Source: Cenarchaeum sp.
Lineage (GTDB): Archaea > Thermoproteota > Nitrososphaeria > Nitrososphaerales > Nitrosopumilaceae
NCBI GenBank assembly: GCA_963692915.1
Contig: OY843584.1
Coordinates: 384,001 to 448,000 of the forward strand
Length of the DNA stretch: 64,000 nucleotides
Direction: 5' to 3'
Shown piece after piece: positions 9,355 to 24,491 of this stretch; position 1 is the first letter of the stretch; the number at the start of each line of letters is the position of its first letter. The notes under the pieces were generated by a model. That model did no database searches. It was not told the DNA's origin and was given only the letters and a program-made list of their open reading frames with translations. A program made the position numbers and the translations under genes.

Positions 9355-10497
9355 ATGGCGGGCAGGCGAATCGCGGTTCTGGGCTCCGGTGTCATGGGTC
9401 ACGGGATCGCGCAGGTCTCGGCGATCGCAGGCCACGACGTGGCCATGCGTGACATTGAGCGCGCATTCCTCGATCGCGCCATGGAGAAGATACGCTGGAG
9501 CCTCGACAAGATGGCCTCCAAGGGCAAGATCGCACCCGCCGAGGCAGATGCGGCCTTTTCGCGCATACGCGCCGAGACGGACCTGGGCTCTGCCCTCGAG
9601 GGCGCAGACATGGTCATCGAGGCGGTTCCCGAGACGATGGACCTCAAGCGCCGCGTCTATGCGGACCTTGATGCGGCAACGCGCGGGCGCGACATTGTGT
9701 TTGCGTCCAACACGAGCACGCTGCCGATAACAGAGATCGCCTCGACGCTTGAGCGCCCCAAAAAGTTCATCGGAATCCACTTTTTCAACCCGCCGCAGCT
9801 CATGCGCCTCGTCGAGGTCATACCCGGCAAGGAGACAGACGCGTCAGTCACCGAGTCGACGATCGAGTATGTCAGGTCAGTCGGCAAGGAGCCTGTCCTC
9901 TGCGCGCGCGACGTGCCGGGCTTTATCGTCAACCGCCTGTTCATACCGCTGGTTCACGAGGCGTGTCACACCATGGATGCTGACGGGAGAACAAAAGAAG
10001 AGATCGACTCAGCCGTGCGCTTTACGCTCGGCTTCCCGATGGGAATACTCGAGCTCGCCGACTTTACCGGCCTAGATGTCATCCACAAGGCCACGCAAGA
10101 GATGCACAGCAGGGACAAAAAGGTGATACGCCCACACGCGACAGTCGAGCGCCTGTACGGCGAGAAAAAGCTCGGCCAAAAGTCAGGCGAGGGCTTTTAC
10201 GAATATTCAAAGGAAAAGTACGAGCGCGTTGGACTGTCTGAGGATCTCGCAGGCGCGTGTGATCCGGTTCGCATAGCCGCCGTGCTCGCAAACAATGCGG
10301 CATGGCTCATCAGCAATGATGTCGCCGACATTGAGACGATCGAGCGTGCGGCATCCCTTGGCCTCGGGATGAAACTGTCAATACGCGATATCGTCACAAA
10401 GTTTGGCGCCTCGGCACTCGCTGACAGGCTGCGCGCGCTTGCCGCCTCTGAGGGCGAGTTTTACGCGCCGGACAGGTCACTAGAGTCACTTGCGTGA
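9355..10497 (+). CDS. 3-hydroxybutyryl-CoA (3-hydroxyacyl-CoA) dehydrogenase, likely of the 3HP/4HB carbon-fixation cycle
   Basis: GSGVMGHGIA, EAVPE, SNTS, HFFNP, PGFIVNR, GFPMG; start ATG 9355. Confidence 0.92.
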   Translation: MAGRRIAVLGSGVMGHGIAQVSAIAGHDVAMRDIERAFLDRAMEKIRWSLDKMASKGKIAPAEADAAFSRIRAETDLGSALEGADMVIEAVPETMDLKRRVYADLDAATRGRDIVFASNTSTLPITEIASTLERPKKFIGIHFFNPPQLMRLVEVIPGKETDASVTESTIEYVRSVGKEPVLCARDVPGFIVNRLFIPLVHEACHTMDADGRTKEEIDSAVRFTLGFPMGILELADFTGLDVIHKATQEMHSRDKKVIRPHATVERLYGEKKLGQKSGEGFYEYSKEKYERVGLSEDLAGACDPVRIAAVLANNAAWLISNDVADIETIERAASLGLGMKLSIRDIVTKFGASALADRLRALAASEGEFYAPDRSLESLA

Positions 10498-10503
10498 TGC
10501 GCG

Positions 10504-10962
10504 CTATGAAATTTTCGTTGCGCTAGTGGAGAGGTCAGAGTCATACCACGTCGCTGCTGACTCGGCGCCGGATCGCGCAGGGAGGTTTATCGCAATGTGC
10601 GCAAACATGCGTGATGTGGACGTCGAGCCGTGCGTGTGGAGCTCGCCGGCCTTGATGTGCGCGACGCTGCCGGCTGCGAGGCGCACGCGCGAGACCTTCT
10701 TTATGTGCCCGCGTCTCCCTGACGCACCGCGCTTCACATACTTGACGAGACTGCCGCTTCCGGCGACGCCTATGAGTATCTGCGGGCCGGTGTGCGAGTG
10801 GAGCTTTGTGCGTGCCCCTGAATAGAACCTCACATCAAAGGCGCGAGCAGCCTCGCCGTTCCCCATCTTGACTGCCTCGACTAGCCTGACCCTGCCCGTA
10901 AAATAGTTCGGCTTTGCTCGTGCAGGTGCGGACTTGCGTGCCATCTCGCAGGCCGCGCGCAA
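10504..10962 (-). CDS. Cupin-domain protein
   Basis: YFTG, LHSHTGPQIL, HIKAGELHTHG cupin motifs. Confidence 0.85.
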   Translation of the reverse strand: MRAACEMARKSAPARAKPNYFTGRVRLVEAVKMGNGEAARAFDVRFYSGARTKLHSHTGPQILIGVAGSGSLVKYVKRGASGRRGHIKKVSRVRLAAGSVAHIKAGELHTHGSTSTSRMFAHIAINLPARSGAESAATWYDSDLSTSATKIS

Positions 10963-11020
10963 ATGGGCGTATATACCATGCGCGCTAGGTTAAAAGGCGC
11001 CGCCGTGCCCCAGCGCGCGC

Positions 11021-11737
11021 ATGAGGACTGTCATGGAGTGCTCACCGCGAAACGTCGTGCTGCGCCGCAAAGTCGACGATGCGGGGGCAAAGGCGACCGT
11101 GGAGGCAAGAAAGGCATCGCAGTTTCGCACACTCCTCTCCTCGCCGGCGCGCTCTGAGATTCACACGCACTCTGTGCGCATTGCATACGAGGCGACGACC
11201 ATGCTAAAGGGCGCATACCGCGCCAGCTATCGCCGCAAGGCGATCCACACGATACGCGTGGATCCCAACGTCAGGAGGGTCGAGGTTGGCGACGGCACGT
11301 TTGACGTGCGGCCAGCCTCACGGGTGAGTCGCGCCATCTCGGGCAGGGCCTCATCGCGCAAGGTCGACGTGGAGCTAGAGGAGTTTGTACTCGACGAGCG
11401 TGAGGGGACAGTCTTCGTCGATCATCACGGCCATGTGGCAAAGTTTGCGCACAAGCTCACACGCGGCGCACTTGAGGCATACCCGCGACGCGTCCTGGCC
11501 GCCGCCGAGCTTGTGCGCGAGCCTGAGATGGCGCGCGACGAGCTAGTTGACTGTCTCAGGGAGGCAATCTCGCCGGGACCCATTCGTGGTGACGTGCGGG
11601 ATCTAGAGGACACAATCACAGTGACTGACATGGTTCGCATATATGCGCCTGTTATCGAGGCGAGGCTAGTCGGCCCAAAGAGGCGCGTGCGCATACTTCG
11701 AATCGACGCAATAAGCCGGCGCGTACTCAAAGCTTGA
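11021..11737 (+). CDS. Hypothetical protein
   Basis: 238-aa ORF with host-like codon usage after a TTAAAA box; no recognised motif. Confidence 0.7.
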   Translation: MRTVMECSPRNVVLRRKVDDAGAKATVEARKASQFRTLLSSPARSEIHTHSVRIAYEATTMLKGAYRASYRRKAIHTIRVDPNVRRVEVGDGTFDVRPASRVSRAISGRASSRKVDVELEEFVLDEREGTVFVDHHGHVAKFAHKLTRGALEAYPRRVLAAAELVREPEMARDELVDCLREAISPGPIRGDVRDLEDTITVTDMVRIYAPVIEARLVGPKRRVRILRIDAISRRVLKA

Positions 11738-12545
11738 GCATCTTTCTGACTCGCTTGTCGCCGGCGAGCGGCTCAAAAGCAGTCTCTGCGCGAGCCCATG
11801 CCCTTATCGTCTTTGAGTCCTTTTTCATCGCCTGCGAGAGCATCTCGATTGCCTCCTCGTCGCGCCGTAGTGCGGCAAGACTGCGGGCCACAGCATATGA
11901 CACGCTCGCATTGTTGGCATGGTCGCGCGGAAGCCTGCCGAGTGCGCCTAGCGCATCCTCGTGTCTTCCTAGCTCGGCAAGCTCTATTCCCCTGTGAAAG
12001 AGCGCATCCATGTGGCTCGCATCGGCCCTGAGCGTCGCATCAAAGCAGCCTAGCGCATCCTCGTGTCTCTTCATGCTGCCTAGAACGACCCCGCGGTAAA
12101 AGTGCGCGTTTGCGTTCTTTGGGCCGAGGCGCACGGCCGCATCGATGCACTCGAGGGCCTCCTCGTTCCTGCCGAGCCGGTGGTGGAGGACGCCCATGTT
12201 AAAGTGCGCAGCCGCATGTCGGGGATCCGCCTCGAGGGCCGCCTCGTACGCCTCGATGGCGCCGTCGATGTTGCCCATCTCGGCGAGGGCTATGGCCTTG
12301 TTGTTGAGCGCTCGAACCTCTCGCGGGGAGACCTCGAGGGCCGCATCAAAGCACGTTATGGCATCCGAGTACTTTTTGATCTGATTTAGGGCGATTCCGC
12401 GATCACAGAGCGCGCGCACGTTCTTGGGGTCATCCTTGAGGAGCTTGCCTAGCAGCATGGCTGCGGCCTTTGCGTTGCCCTTGCGCATCATCTCGCGCGC
12501 CTGGCGCGCCATCTCCTTCGAGTCGGCATTTCCGGAGAATATCAA
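11727..12545 (-). CDS. Tetratricopeptide repeat protein
   Basis: Several 34-aa TPR units (AL.N.G.AL...A...FD.AL). Confidence 0.92.
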   Translation of the reverse strand: MIFSGNADSKEMARQAREMMRKGNAKAAAMLLGKLLKDDPKNVRALCDRGIALNQIKKYSDAITCFDAALEVSPREVRALNNKAIALAEMGNIDGAIEAYEAALEADPRHAAAHFNMGVLHHRLGRNEEALECIDAAVRLGPKNANAHFYRGVVLGSMKRHEDALGCFDATLRADASHMDALFHRGIELAELGRHEDALGALGRLPRDHANNASVSYAVARSLAALRRDEEAIEMLSQAMKKDSKTIRAWARAETAFEPLAGDKRVRKMLKL

Positions 12546-13858
12546 GCCCGCCTGCCCCCAAGCGTGGCCGAAAAGCGCCCCGCCGCCTCGATGAGCGCAC
12601 GAATGTCCGCAGCAGTGTGCGCCGCCGAGACTGCGCCTAGCTTGCCGGGCAGAAAGAATATGCCGTCGCGCGCGATCATCTCAAAGTGAAACCTGTGCAG
12701 GAGGTCAGTGTCGCAGCGTGCGGCGTCTGCGGCACTGCGGATCGCCTGCCCATCGCGCGTAAAGTGTGCCATGAACAGGGATCCCGCCCCTGTCGTGGTG
12801 ACGTGCCCGTCAAATGCGCGCCTCAAACCGTCGCGCGCCATCTTGCCTAGGTTGCCGATCCTGCCATATAGCGACTTGCGTGCGCGCAGCGCGCGCAGCG
12901 TTGCGAGACCGGCTGTCATTGATGCGGGATTTGCCGAGAACGTCCCGCCCCCGACATATGACCTCCTGTCCTTCCCAAGGGCTGACGTGTCGGCCATGCG
13001 CATCGACTCGTCTAGGCCACACATTGCGCCTATGGGCATGCCACCACCGATTATCTTTCCAAGCGTGACAATGTCAGGTTTTAGGCGCATCGTTGGATAT
13101 GTGCAGCCTAGCCTAAAGCGAAATCCCGTGACGATCTCGTCTAGCACAAAAAGGGCGCCACACGAGTGCGCAAACTCTTGCAGTCCGCGCATATAGTCGC
13201 GCTCCGAGGGAACACACCCGCCGCCGCCGAGAAGCGGTTCGACTACGATACATGCCAGGTCGCGCTTCACCTGACGCAGCATGCGCAACGAACCCTCAAG
13301 GTCATTGTGCGGGAGCGAGACGATCTTTTCCTCGTTGAGTATGCCACGTGACTCTGAGCCAAATGGCCAGTTGACAGACTTTAGCAGGTCAGATGCGTAC
13401 CCGTGCCACCCACCGTCGACCTTTGCCACAGTGTCCCTTCCTGTCTGCGCACGCGCAATGCGTGCGGCATACATGACAGCCTCGGTCCCCGAGCTCACAT
13501 AGCGGGTCTTTTCTGCCACGCGGACAGACCGTGCAATCTCCTCGGTCAGCGCAATCGACGGCTCGCTCACGGTTCCGTGCATCCAGCCGCGCCCAAGCTG
13601 TGATGTTATGGCGCGCTTCACGACAGGAGGAGCGTGGCCTAGCACGAGCGCCCAGTGGCCCATCCAGTAGTCCGTGTAACTGTTCGAGTCGACATCGACT
13701 ATGGTCTGCGCGCGCGCGGATCGCGTGACGAACGGGTATGGATCAAAGTGGCGTATGTTGTGGTGCACGCCATTGACATGAAGCCTTGAGGACGTGGCAT
13801 GCAGTCTCTGCGAGCGCGGCGTCTTTTGCCTGTATGCCGTCTCGGCGTCGCCCTGCAT
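12542..13858 (-). CDS. hemL: Glutamate-1-semialdehyde 2,1-aminomutase (class III aminotransferase)
   Basis: [34 protein letters not shown]. Confidence 0.85.
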   Translation of the reverse strand: MQGDAETAYRQKTPRSQRLHATSSRLHVNGVHHNIRHFDPYPFVTRSARAQTIVDVDSNSYTDYWMGHWALVLGHAPPVVKRAITSQLGRGWMHGTVSEPSIALTEEIARSVRVAEKTRYVSSGTEAVMYAARIARAQTGRDTVAKVDGGWHGYASDLLKSVNWPFGSESRGILNEEKIVSLPHNDLEGSLRMLRQVKRDLACIVVEPLLGGGGCVPSERDYMRGLQEFAHSCGALFVLDEIVTGFRFRLGCTYPTMRLKPDIVTLGKIIGGGMPIGAMCGLDESMRMADTSALGKDRRSYVGGGTFSANPASMTAGLATLRALRARKSLYGRIGNLGKMARDGLRRAFDGHVTTTGAGSLFMAHFTRDGQAIRSAADAARCDTDLLHRFHFEMIARDGIFFLPGKLGAVSAAHTAADIRALIEAAGRFSATLGGRRA

Positions 13859-13977
13859 GGCCGGCCATGTGCGGGCATCTGTACTTTAACCACTCGGAGC
13901 GCAGTACGGTACTTTGGCTGCCGTTGTGGCCATGATCGGCCCTGTGGACATCATTCCGGGATGCGATCACCCAATTG

Positions 13978-13986
13978 GTTTATATC
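13978..13986 (+). promoter_or_regulatory. Putative TATA box of the rRNA operon
   Basis: GTTTATATC ~210 nt upstream of mature 16S in otherwise GC-rich DNA. Confidence 0.55.
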
Positions 13987-14192
13987 CACTCGAATAGTCA
14001 GTCCCGCTCGTGCGCGACGCAAGTGCGGCGCCCGTGGTGAGGTGTGGCAATATGCCATTCTGTGACCTGTGGGCCTCCAGTCTCGCATACAAAAATGAGG
14101 AGCTGACCTCAAGGTCTGCTCTGAGCATGTGAAGACAAGTGCATTCCGTCCAATTCAGTTTAGGTAAAAACTTCAATAAAAAAAGAATCCAC

Positions 14193-15663
<1,471 letters not shown>

Positions 15664-15808
15664 AGACCAGAATTGTGCACGGACGCACAAGTCTTCACAG
15701 CATCGATGCAATGCGTCACGAAAGTGACGTATGAAGGATGTAGTGGGTGCCCCCCCAGGGCACCTGCGATGATCGTCGTGCATAGTCGTGTAATATGTGG
15801 CTGAATAT

Positions 15809-18790
<2,982 letters not shown>

Positions 18791-18911
18791 TCAGCCACTT
18801 ACATAGAGACTATGCACGACGTCATTTTTTGATTTTTCCTAGCGGACGCTATGCGCGACAGTCGCGCCATTAGCGGCTAGGTTTTTATTTTTGTGCCATG
18901 CGTGCCCCGCC

Positions 18912-19298
18912 ATGGCACGTGGAGAGGGTCACGAGTACCGCGCGTACGACAAGCGCTGCGAGAGGCTCCTTGGGGAGGATATGGTTCGCTTTGCCGGCGT
19001 CATCGACGCCGAGGGGCGCCTCGTGGCCGGCGGGTTTAGCGCCGACATATCGCCCCTTGAGCGCGACGAGGAGCGCCTGCGCTCGTTCATGAAGTTCATC
19101 TCGCGCATCACGATCAGCAACGAGCACGATGACAGCCTCGGGCCGGTAAACTATATCGCGGTTCGCCGCGACAAGGCGGTTCTTGTGAGCTTTCCGTTCC
19201 CCGTGAGCAGCGTCCTCCTCCTAGTGTCAGCCGAGCCCGAAGTCGACATTGAGAGCATGGCATCGAGAATCGTGGACATATTCAGCGGAGTGAGCTAG
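18912..19298 (+). CDS. Conserved thaumarchaeal protein (roadblock/DUF6659-like)
   Basis: VRFAGVID..GRLVAGG...LGPVNYI..RRDK pattern recalled from Nitrosopumilaceae paralog family. Confidence 0.7.
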   Translation: MARGEGHEYRAYDKRCERLLGEDMVRFAGVIDAEGRLVAGGFSADISPLERDEERLRSFMKFISRITISNEHDDSLGPVNYIAVRRDKAVLVSFPFPVSSVLLLVSAEPEVDIESMASRIVDIFSGVS

Positions 19299-19763
19299 GT
19301 GGCCACTGCGAGGGCAACGTTTGCGGCAGGGTGCTTTTGGCATGTCGAGGAGGTGTTTCGCAGCATACCCGGCGTGCTCGATGCGAGATCCGGATACACC
19401 GGCGGAGACGAGAAAAACCCGACATACGAGCGTGTCTGCACTGGCCAGACTGGCCATGCCGAGTCAGTCACGGTGACATATGACGACTCTGCTGTCGACT
19501 ATGCGCGCCTACTTGAGGCATTCTGGTCATCGCATGACCCCACAACGCCAAACAGGCAGGGCCCGGACATTGGAACCCAGTACCGCTCGGCGATATTCTT
19601 CCACACGCCCGAGCAGGAGGCCGCCGCGCGCAGCTCGGCAGACGCCCTCGGGCGCTCGGGGCGGCTATCATCGCCCATAGTCACGCAGATACTTGCGGCT
19701 CCCGAGTTTTACGAGGCCGAAGAGTACCACCAGCAGTATATCCGCAAGGCGCGCCGCGCATAG
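19299..19763 (+). CDS. msrA: Peptide methionine sulfoxide reductase A
   Basis: [27 protein letters not shown]. Confidence 0.97.
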   Translation: MATARATFAAGCFWHVEEVFRSIPGVLDARSGYTGGDEKNPTYERVCTGQTGHAESVTVTYDDSAVDYARLLEAFWSSHDPTTPNRQGPDIGTQYRSAIFFHTPEQEAAARSSADALGRSGRLSSPIVTQILAAPEFYEAEEYHQQYIRKARRA

Positions 19764-20073
19764 CGCGCGTGGTGCGGCCTGCCGGCCCTGTGATCGGCGC
19801 TTCCTCAAAGTCCGCCAGGGATATGCGCTGCCATGCCGTGCGGGCTAGTCTGCGGCGGAGTGGGCGTTCCCTGATGGTGGTCCGGATGGCGCCCCTGTGG
19901 GTGGATCCAGGATGGTGCGCCCTGCCCGCCGCGCAGGGCACGCTGTGGACATGCGTGCGCGCGTGGACTCCAAAGGCGCGCTAGTCTGGCGTGTGTCCAC
20001 GGCAGCATGTGCCCCCTTTGGGCCGGGAGGGACGGTAAGGGTTAAATCCGCCCATCTGCGTGTGTGCGCTAGA

Positions 20074-20559
20074 ATGGCAGAGCCACAAAAGATATCGTCA
20101 CTTGTCACTGGGGGCGAGGCCTCAGCCGGCCCCCCGCTCGGACCGGCACTCGGGCCGCTTGGAGTCAACATCATGGAGGTCATCGGCGCGATCAACGAAA
20201 AGACGGCCGACTTTAAGGGCATGAAGGTTCCAGTCACCGTCTCAGTCTACCCCGACACAAAAAAGTGGGACATTGACATTGGCGTTCCCTCCGTCGCGGC
20301 CCTTCTCCTAAAGGAGACCGGACTCCAAAAGGGTTCGGGCACACCGGGCACGGAGTGGGTCGGTGACATCGGCATGGACGCAATAGCAAAGATTGCAAAG
20401 ACAAAGATCGGCGGCTCGTATGCGACATCGATAAAGTCAGTCGCAAAGTCAGTCATCGGCACGTGCGTCCCACTCGGCATAAAGATTGAGGGCAAGACGC
20501 CAAAAGAGATCACCGCCGAGATAAACGACTCAAAGTGGGACGACGCGCTATCGTCGTGA
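20074..20559 (+). CDS. rpl11: 50S ribosomal protein L11 (uL11)
   Basis: GGEASAGPPLGPALGPLGVN; start ATG 20074 after GTTAAAT box. Confidence 0.97.
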   Translation: MAEPQKISSLVTGGEASAGPPLGPALGPLGVNIMEVIGAINEKTADFKGMKVPVTVSVYPDTKKWDIDIGVPSVAALLLKETGLQKGSGTPGTEWVGDIGMDAIAKIAKTKIGGSYATSIKSVAKSVIGTCVPLGIKIEGKTPKEITAEINDSKWDDALSS

Positions 20560-21033
20560 GCGCGGGCTGGACTGCTCGCCGACCTGCGCATACTGTGGTG
20601 CCCTTGACCTTTTTTGGAGCTCGACTAGCGTCTCGGTGCCCTGAACGCCGTCTATCTTGCCGATCTTTTCTATGACGATTGCGTGCAGGGACTCGAGGTT
20701 TGACGTGCGCAGCGTTGCGAGTATGTCAAACCTTCCGGTGATCTCGGCCATCTCGGTGACCTCGGGTATCTCCAGGATCGCCTTGTGGACACGGGCCTTG
20801 GCCTTTGGGTCGCGGTTTATGCCGATCGTGGCCCGCACGCCAATGCCGAGAATCGAGTCGTCGACATCGATCGTAAAGCGCACGATGAGGCCCTTCTCCT
20901 TCATGCGCTTTATGCGGCTATAGAGGACCGACGAGTTGACACCCATCTTTTTTGCCAGGTTTGGTATCGAGACCGAGCCGTCATCTGTGAGCTCGCGCAG
21001 GAGCTTCATGTCCATGTCGTCAAACTCAACCAT
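20548..21033 (-). CDS. Lrp/AsnC family transcriptional regulator
   Basis: DDMDMKLLREL...RIKRM..GLI HTH plus ITGRFD RAM domain; start ATG 21033. Confidence 0.93.
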   Translation of the reverse strand: MVEFDDMDMKLLRELTDDGSVSIPNLAKKMGVNSSVLYSRIKRMKEKGLIVRFTIDVDDSILGIGVRATIGINRDPKAKARVHKAILEIPEVTEMAEITGRFDILATLRTSNLESLHAIVIEKIGKIDGVQGTETLVELQKRSRAPQYAQVGEQSSPRSRR

Positions 21034-21120
21034 CGCGCAGACGCAATATCGCCACTTCTTTAATAAACCTAGTTTGGCCTGTGGCTCCTGCGGGCATGCC
21101 GGGGGCTTGGGCCTCATGCG

Positions 21121-22649
21121 GTATGAGGTCAGCACCCCCTCCCCTTTTGGTCAAATAGGCGCGATCCTGCCGATCCATTTACCGCGGCGGCGCACGCCGG
21201 GACGTGAAGGGCAAACGGCGCGAGCGTTGGGAGCCAGGCCACGAGTTGGCACAGCTCCGGGGCATGTTCAGTGCCTCCGAGGAGCGGGCCAGGGCGCGGG
21301 ACAGGAAGATTAGCGAGCTGGAGGAGAGTGTTGCCGAGCTGAAGGGCGAGATCGGTGTGCGGGACGAGAGGATCGCCGAGCTGGAGGCGGAGAACGACAC
21401 CATGAGGCGCACGCTGTCGTACTACCAGAACTCCAACACGCCGCCGTCGTCGGCGTCGCTGGAGCACAAGAGGAGGAAGCGCGAGGTGCGGCTCGCGAGG
21501 GAGCGCGGCGAGCTCCCGCCGCACGGGACGCCCGGCGGGAGGCCCGGCCACCGCGGCACGTCGCGCCGGCACGCGCCGACGGAGACCGTGCGGCACCGCG
21601 TCGGCCGCGGGCCGTGCGAGTGCGGCGGCCGCATGGAGGTCACGACGGCGGTGCGCGACATAATCGACATCCCTCCCCCGCGGCCGACCGAGACGCGGCA
21701 CTATGTCGAGTCCGCCACGTGCGCGGACTGCGGCGCGACGCGGCGGGCGGACTGCGGCCTGCCGGCCCGCGGGTCCTACGGCAGGAGGCTCGTCGGCACC
21801 GTGGCGTCGCACCTGTGCGCGCGGCTGCCCGTGGCGCGGATCGCCGACACGATGCTGGACGTGCACGGGATCTCGGTGTCAAAGGCGACCGTGCTGCGCA
21901 TAAGGGACAACGTGGCCGACGCGCTGGAGCCGGAGGCCGAGGGCATATGGGACGTGATCAGGAGCGCGCCGCACGTGCACGTGGACGAGACGGGTTTCCC
22001 CAGCTCCGGCGAGAGCCACTGGGTGTGGGCGGCGGCGTACATGGTCTATAACGGGGTGGAGTTCGCCAAGAGCAGGGGCTCGCAGGTGCTCGACGTGATC
22101 CTGCCGGGGTTCGTCGGCGTGGCGATAACCGACGGGCACCCGGCGTACAACAGGTTCGACGCCGGCGGGATGCACCAGCGGTGCTGGGCGCACGAGCTGC
22201 GCGCCGTGGAGCACGCCGCCAGGATGCACGGCGGGGGGCTGCCCGGGCTGCACGCCGACCTCCTCTCGCTGTACCGCGCCGCCAGGGACACCGCCGTCGC
22301 GCCGTGCGCGGAGCTGCGGCGCGCGATGGAGGACGCCCTGGAGTCGCTGCTGGGCCGGCACGACGACGGCGGGGGCGGGGAGCTGGCGCGCGCCGTGGCC
22401 AGGCTCCGCCGCGCCGCGCCGCAGATGTTCGCGTTCTGCGAGCACGCCGGCGTCGCGCCCACGAACAACGCCGCCGAGAGGGCGATACGCGACGTGGTCG
22501 TGCGGCGCAAGATAAGCAGCCAGCTCAAGGGGGGCGCGGCCGTAGCCAGGCGCATGTCGACCCTCCTGACGTGCTTCCTGACGTGGAGGGCCATGGGGAA
22601 GAGCGTGACCGAGGAGGTCATGCGCGCGGTCTAGGTGCTGACCTCATAC
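21121..22649 (+). mobile_element. IS66-family insertion sequence, single-ORF (ISBst12-like), 1,529 bp
   Basis: Perfect 16-bp TIRs GTATGAGGTCAGCACC (21121-21136) / GGTGCTGACCTCATAC (22634-22649); 8-bp TSD CTCATGCG at 21113-21120 and 22650-22657. Confidence 0.95.
21204..22634 (+). CDS. IS66-family DDE transposase
   Basis: N-terminal coiled coil, NSNTPPSS, Cys4 Zn finger, HVDETG, ITDG, HQRCWAH, TNNAAERAIR. Confidence 0.95.
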   Translation: MKGKRRERWEPGHELAQLRGMFSASEERARARDRKISELEESVAELKGEIGVRDERIAELEAENDTMRRTLSYYQNSNTPPSSASLEHKRRKREVRLARERGELPPHGTPGGRPGHRGTSRRHAPTETVRHRVGRGPCECGGRMEVTTAVRDIIDIPPPRPTETRHYVESATCADCGATRRADCGLPARGSYGRRLVGTVASHLCARLPVARIADTMLDVHGISVSKATVLRIRDNVADALEPEAEGIWDVIRSAPHVHVDETGFPSSGESHWVWAAAYMVYNGVEFAKSRGSQVLDVILPGFVGVAITDGHPAYNRFDAGGMHQRCWAHELRAVEHAARMHGGGLPGLHADLLSLYRAARDTAVAPCAELRRAMEDALESLLGRHDDGGGGELARAVARLRRAAPQMFAFCEHAGVAPTNNAAERAIRDVVVRRKISSQLKGGAAVARRMSTLLTCFLTWRAMGKSVTEEVMRAV

Positions 22650-22691
22650 CTCATGCGCCCATAAACGGTTTTAATAGGGCCGAGCAGGCGT

Positions 22692-23351
22692 GTGCCCAAA
22701 TTGGCTAGCGAGTCAGACCTCTCGGAGATGATCCAGAGGGCAAAGGAGGCATCAGGGACCAAAAAGTTCAGGCAGTCCGTCGAGCTCATCATCGTGTTTC
22801 GCGACATTGACGTCAAGAAGGGCTTTGCGATCAACGAGGTCGTGCAGCTCCCGCGGACGAGTGCGCCGGCTGCCGTGTGCGTCATGGCGTCTGGTGACAT
22901 GGGCATCAAGGCAAAGGAGGCAAAGGCCGACATGGTCATCGACGCCGAGGAGCTCGGGCGCCTGGGGGCCAACAAGCGCGAGTCGCGCAAGTTCGTCAAC
23001 CGTTATGACTTTTTCCTCGCTGACACAAAGCTAATGCCGACAGTCGGCAAGGTTCTCGGGCAGATACTCGGCCCGCGCGGCAAGATGCCGACGCCGGTTC
23101 CGTTCAACGCCCCGATAGCGTCGTTCCTTGAGCGCTTCAAGTCATCTACGCTCATACGAATGCGCAACTCGCTGGCCCTCTCGTGCAAGATTGGCGATGA
23201 GACGATGGCCGACTCTGACCTTGCGGCCAACGCAATGACAATAGTCTCGGCCGTCGAGAAAAAGCTGCCAAACGGCGAGAGAAACGTCAAAAAGATAATG
23301 GTAAAGACAACAATGGGCAAGATCGCGCAGCCCGCACCGCAGGCAAAGTGA
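22692..23351 (+). CDS. rpl1: 50S ribosomal protein L1 (uL1)
   Basis: KFRQSVEL, LGPRGKMPTP, VKTTMG. Confidence 0.97.
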   Translation: MPKLASESDLSEMIQRAKEASGTKKFRQSVELIIVFRDIDVKKGFAINEVVQLPRTSAPAAVCVMASGDMGIKAKEAKADMVIDAEELGRLGANKRESRKFVNRYDFFLADTKLMPTVGKVLGQILGPRGKMPTPVPFNAPIASFLERFKSSTLIRMRNSLALSCKIGDETMADSDLAANAMTIVSAVEKKLPNGERNVKKIMVKTTMGKIAQPAPQAK

Positions 23352-23352
23352 C

Positions 23353-24219
23353 ATGTATGAAAATCGCCAGAAATGGCCTGCCAAAAAGGAGCGAATGTAC
23401 GCGCAACTCCAAGAGCTGCCCACAAAGTACGACGTCATGGCACTCGTCCGGCTAGAAAAGGTTCGCGCATCCCAAATGCTCTCGCTGCGAAAGAGGATGC
23501 ATGGCCAGGTCGAGTTTGTCAGCATAAAGGGCAAGGTGACAAAAAAGGCACTCGCGGGAATTAACGTTCCTGGCATTGCCGAGATCGCAGCCCAGGTCAA
23601 GGGCCAGTGCATGTTCATGTTCACAAACATGTCGCCATTCAAGCTAAACGTCCTCTTGGCGAGCAACAAGGTGATGCTGCCCGCTCGCGGGGGCGACACG
23701 GCGAGCATCGATGTCATCATCACCGCAAAGAACACGGGCATAGCTCCCGGCCCCATGCTCACCGAGTTCAAGGAGGCAAACGTGCCAACAAAGATAGACC
23801 AGGGCACGATCTGGATAACAAAGGACACCGTTGCGGCAAAGCGCGGTGACACGATATCATCAAAGCTTGCGGCGCTTTTGGGCAAGCTCGACATCAGGGC
23901 CGTGGAGGCCGGAGTCGAGCTCGCCGGCGCACTAGAGGCCGGCAAGACATACACGCGCGACGAGCTAGTCGTCGACGTCGCCGCGGTTCGTGATGCGCTC
24001 GCCGCTGCCCACCAGGAGGCAATGTCGCTCTCAGTCGAGGCAGGCCTCATCACCGCCGAGAACGCCCCACTCGTGCTCTCGCGCGCCGCTCGCGCCGCCG
24101 AGTCACTGGCTTCCGAGTCCGGATACGTATCGCCAGACACTGCGGCCAGCGTTCTTGCGCGCGCAAACGCGGCAGCCCGCGGCGTGGCGTCTGCTGCAAA
24201 GGGCTACGAGTCTGCCTAG
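23353..24219 (+). CDS. rpl10: 50S ribosomal protein L10 / P0 (uL10)
   Basis: Follows rpl1; PARGGD, NTGIAPGP, TKIDQGTIWI, LLGKLDI. Confidence 0.95.
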   Translation: MYENRQKWPAKKERMYAQLQELPTKYDVMALVRLEKVRASQMLSLRKRMHGQVEFVSIKGKVTKKALAGINVPGIAEIAAQVKGQCMFMFTNMSPFKLNVLLASNKVMLPARGGDTASIDVIITAKNTGIAPGPMLTEFKEANVPTKIDQGTIWITKDTVAAKRGDTISSKLAALLGKLDIRAVEAGVELAGALEAGKTYTRDELVVDVAAVRDALAAAHQEAMSLSVEAGLITAENAPLVLSRAARAAESLASESGYVSPDTAASVLARANAAARGVASAAKGYESA

Positions 24220-24491
24220 TGGCGGGGTTTTTGCCCCGTGTGCATGTCCAGGGCGCATGAGCGCAGCCATGTCGTCTCTTACATTATAACGCAAGCATTA
24301 GTCCAGTGTTGACCTACAGTTGACGCTTTACTCATCAACAGCGTTAAATTGGGCATGGGCTTCATGCGGAGCATGGCGGGAACGCAGAGTCTGTGGCATG
24401 GGAACCGCATGGACGGTCTTAGAGCACACGAGGTGGGTCGATCCACGGGTCGTGGAGCCGACTGCGCTGCGCTGATGGGGGAGAGTCTGCT

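Noticed and set aside
19764-20040. SRP RNA, RNase P RNA or 5S rRNA
   Set aside because: Conserved helix-8 and P4 motifs were not found on either strand; kept only as an unassigned structure.
24219-24490. Absence of rpl12 after rpl10 as gene loss
   Set aside because: It may simply be unlinked in this phylum and cannot be judged from one window.
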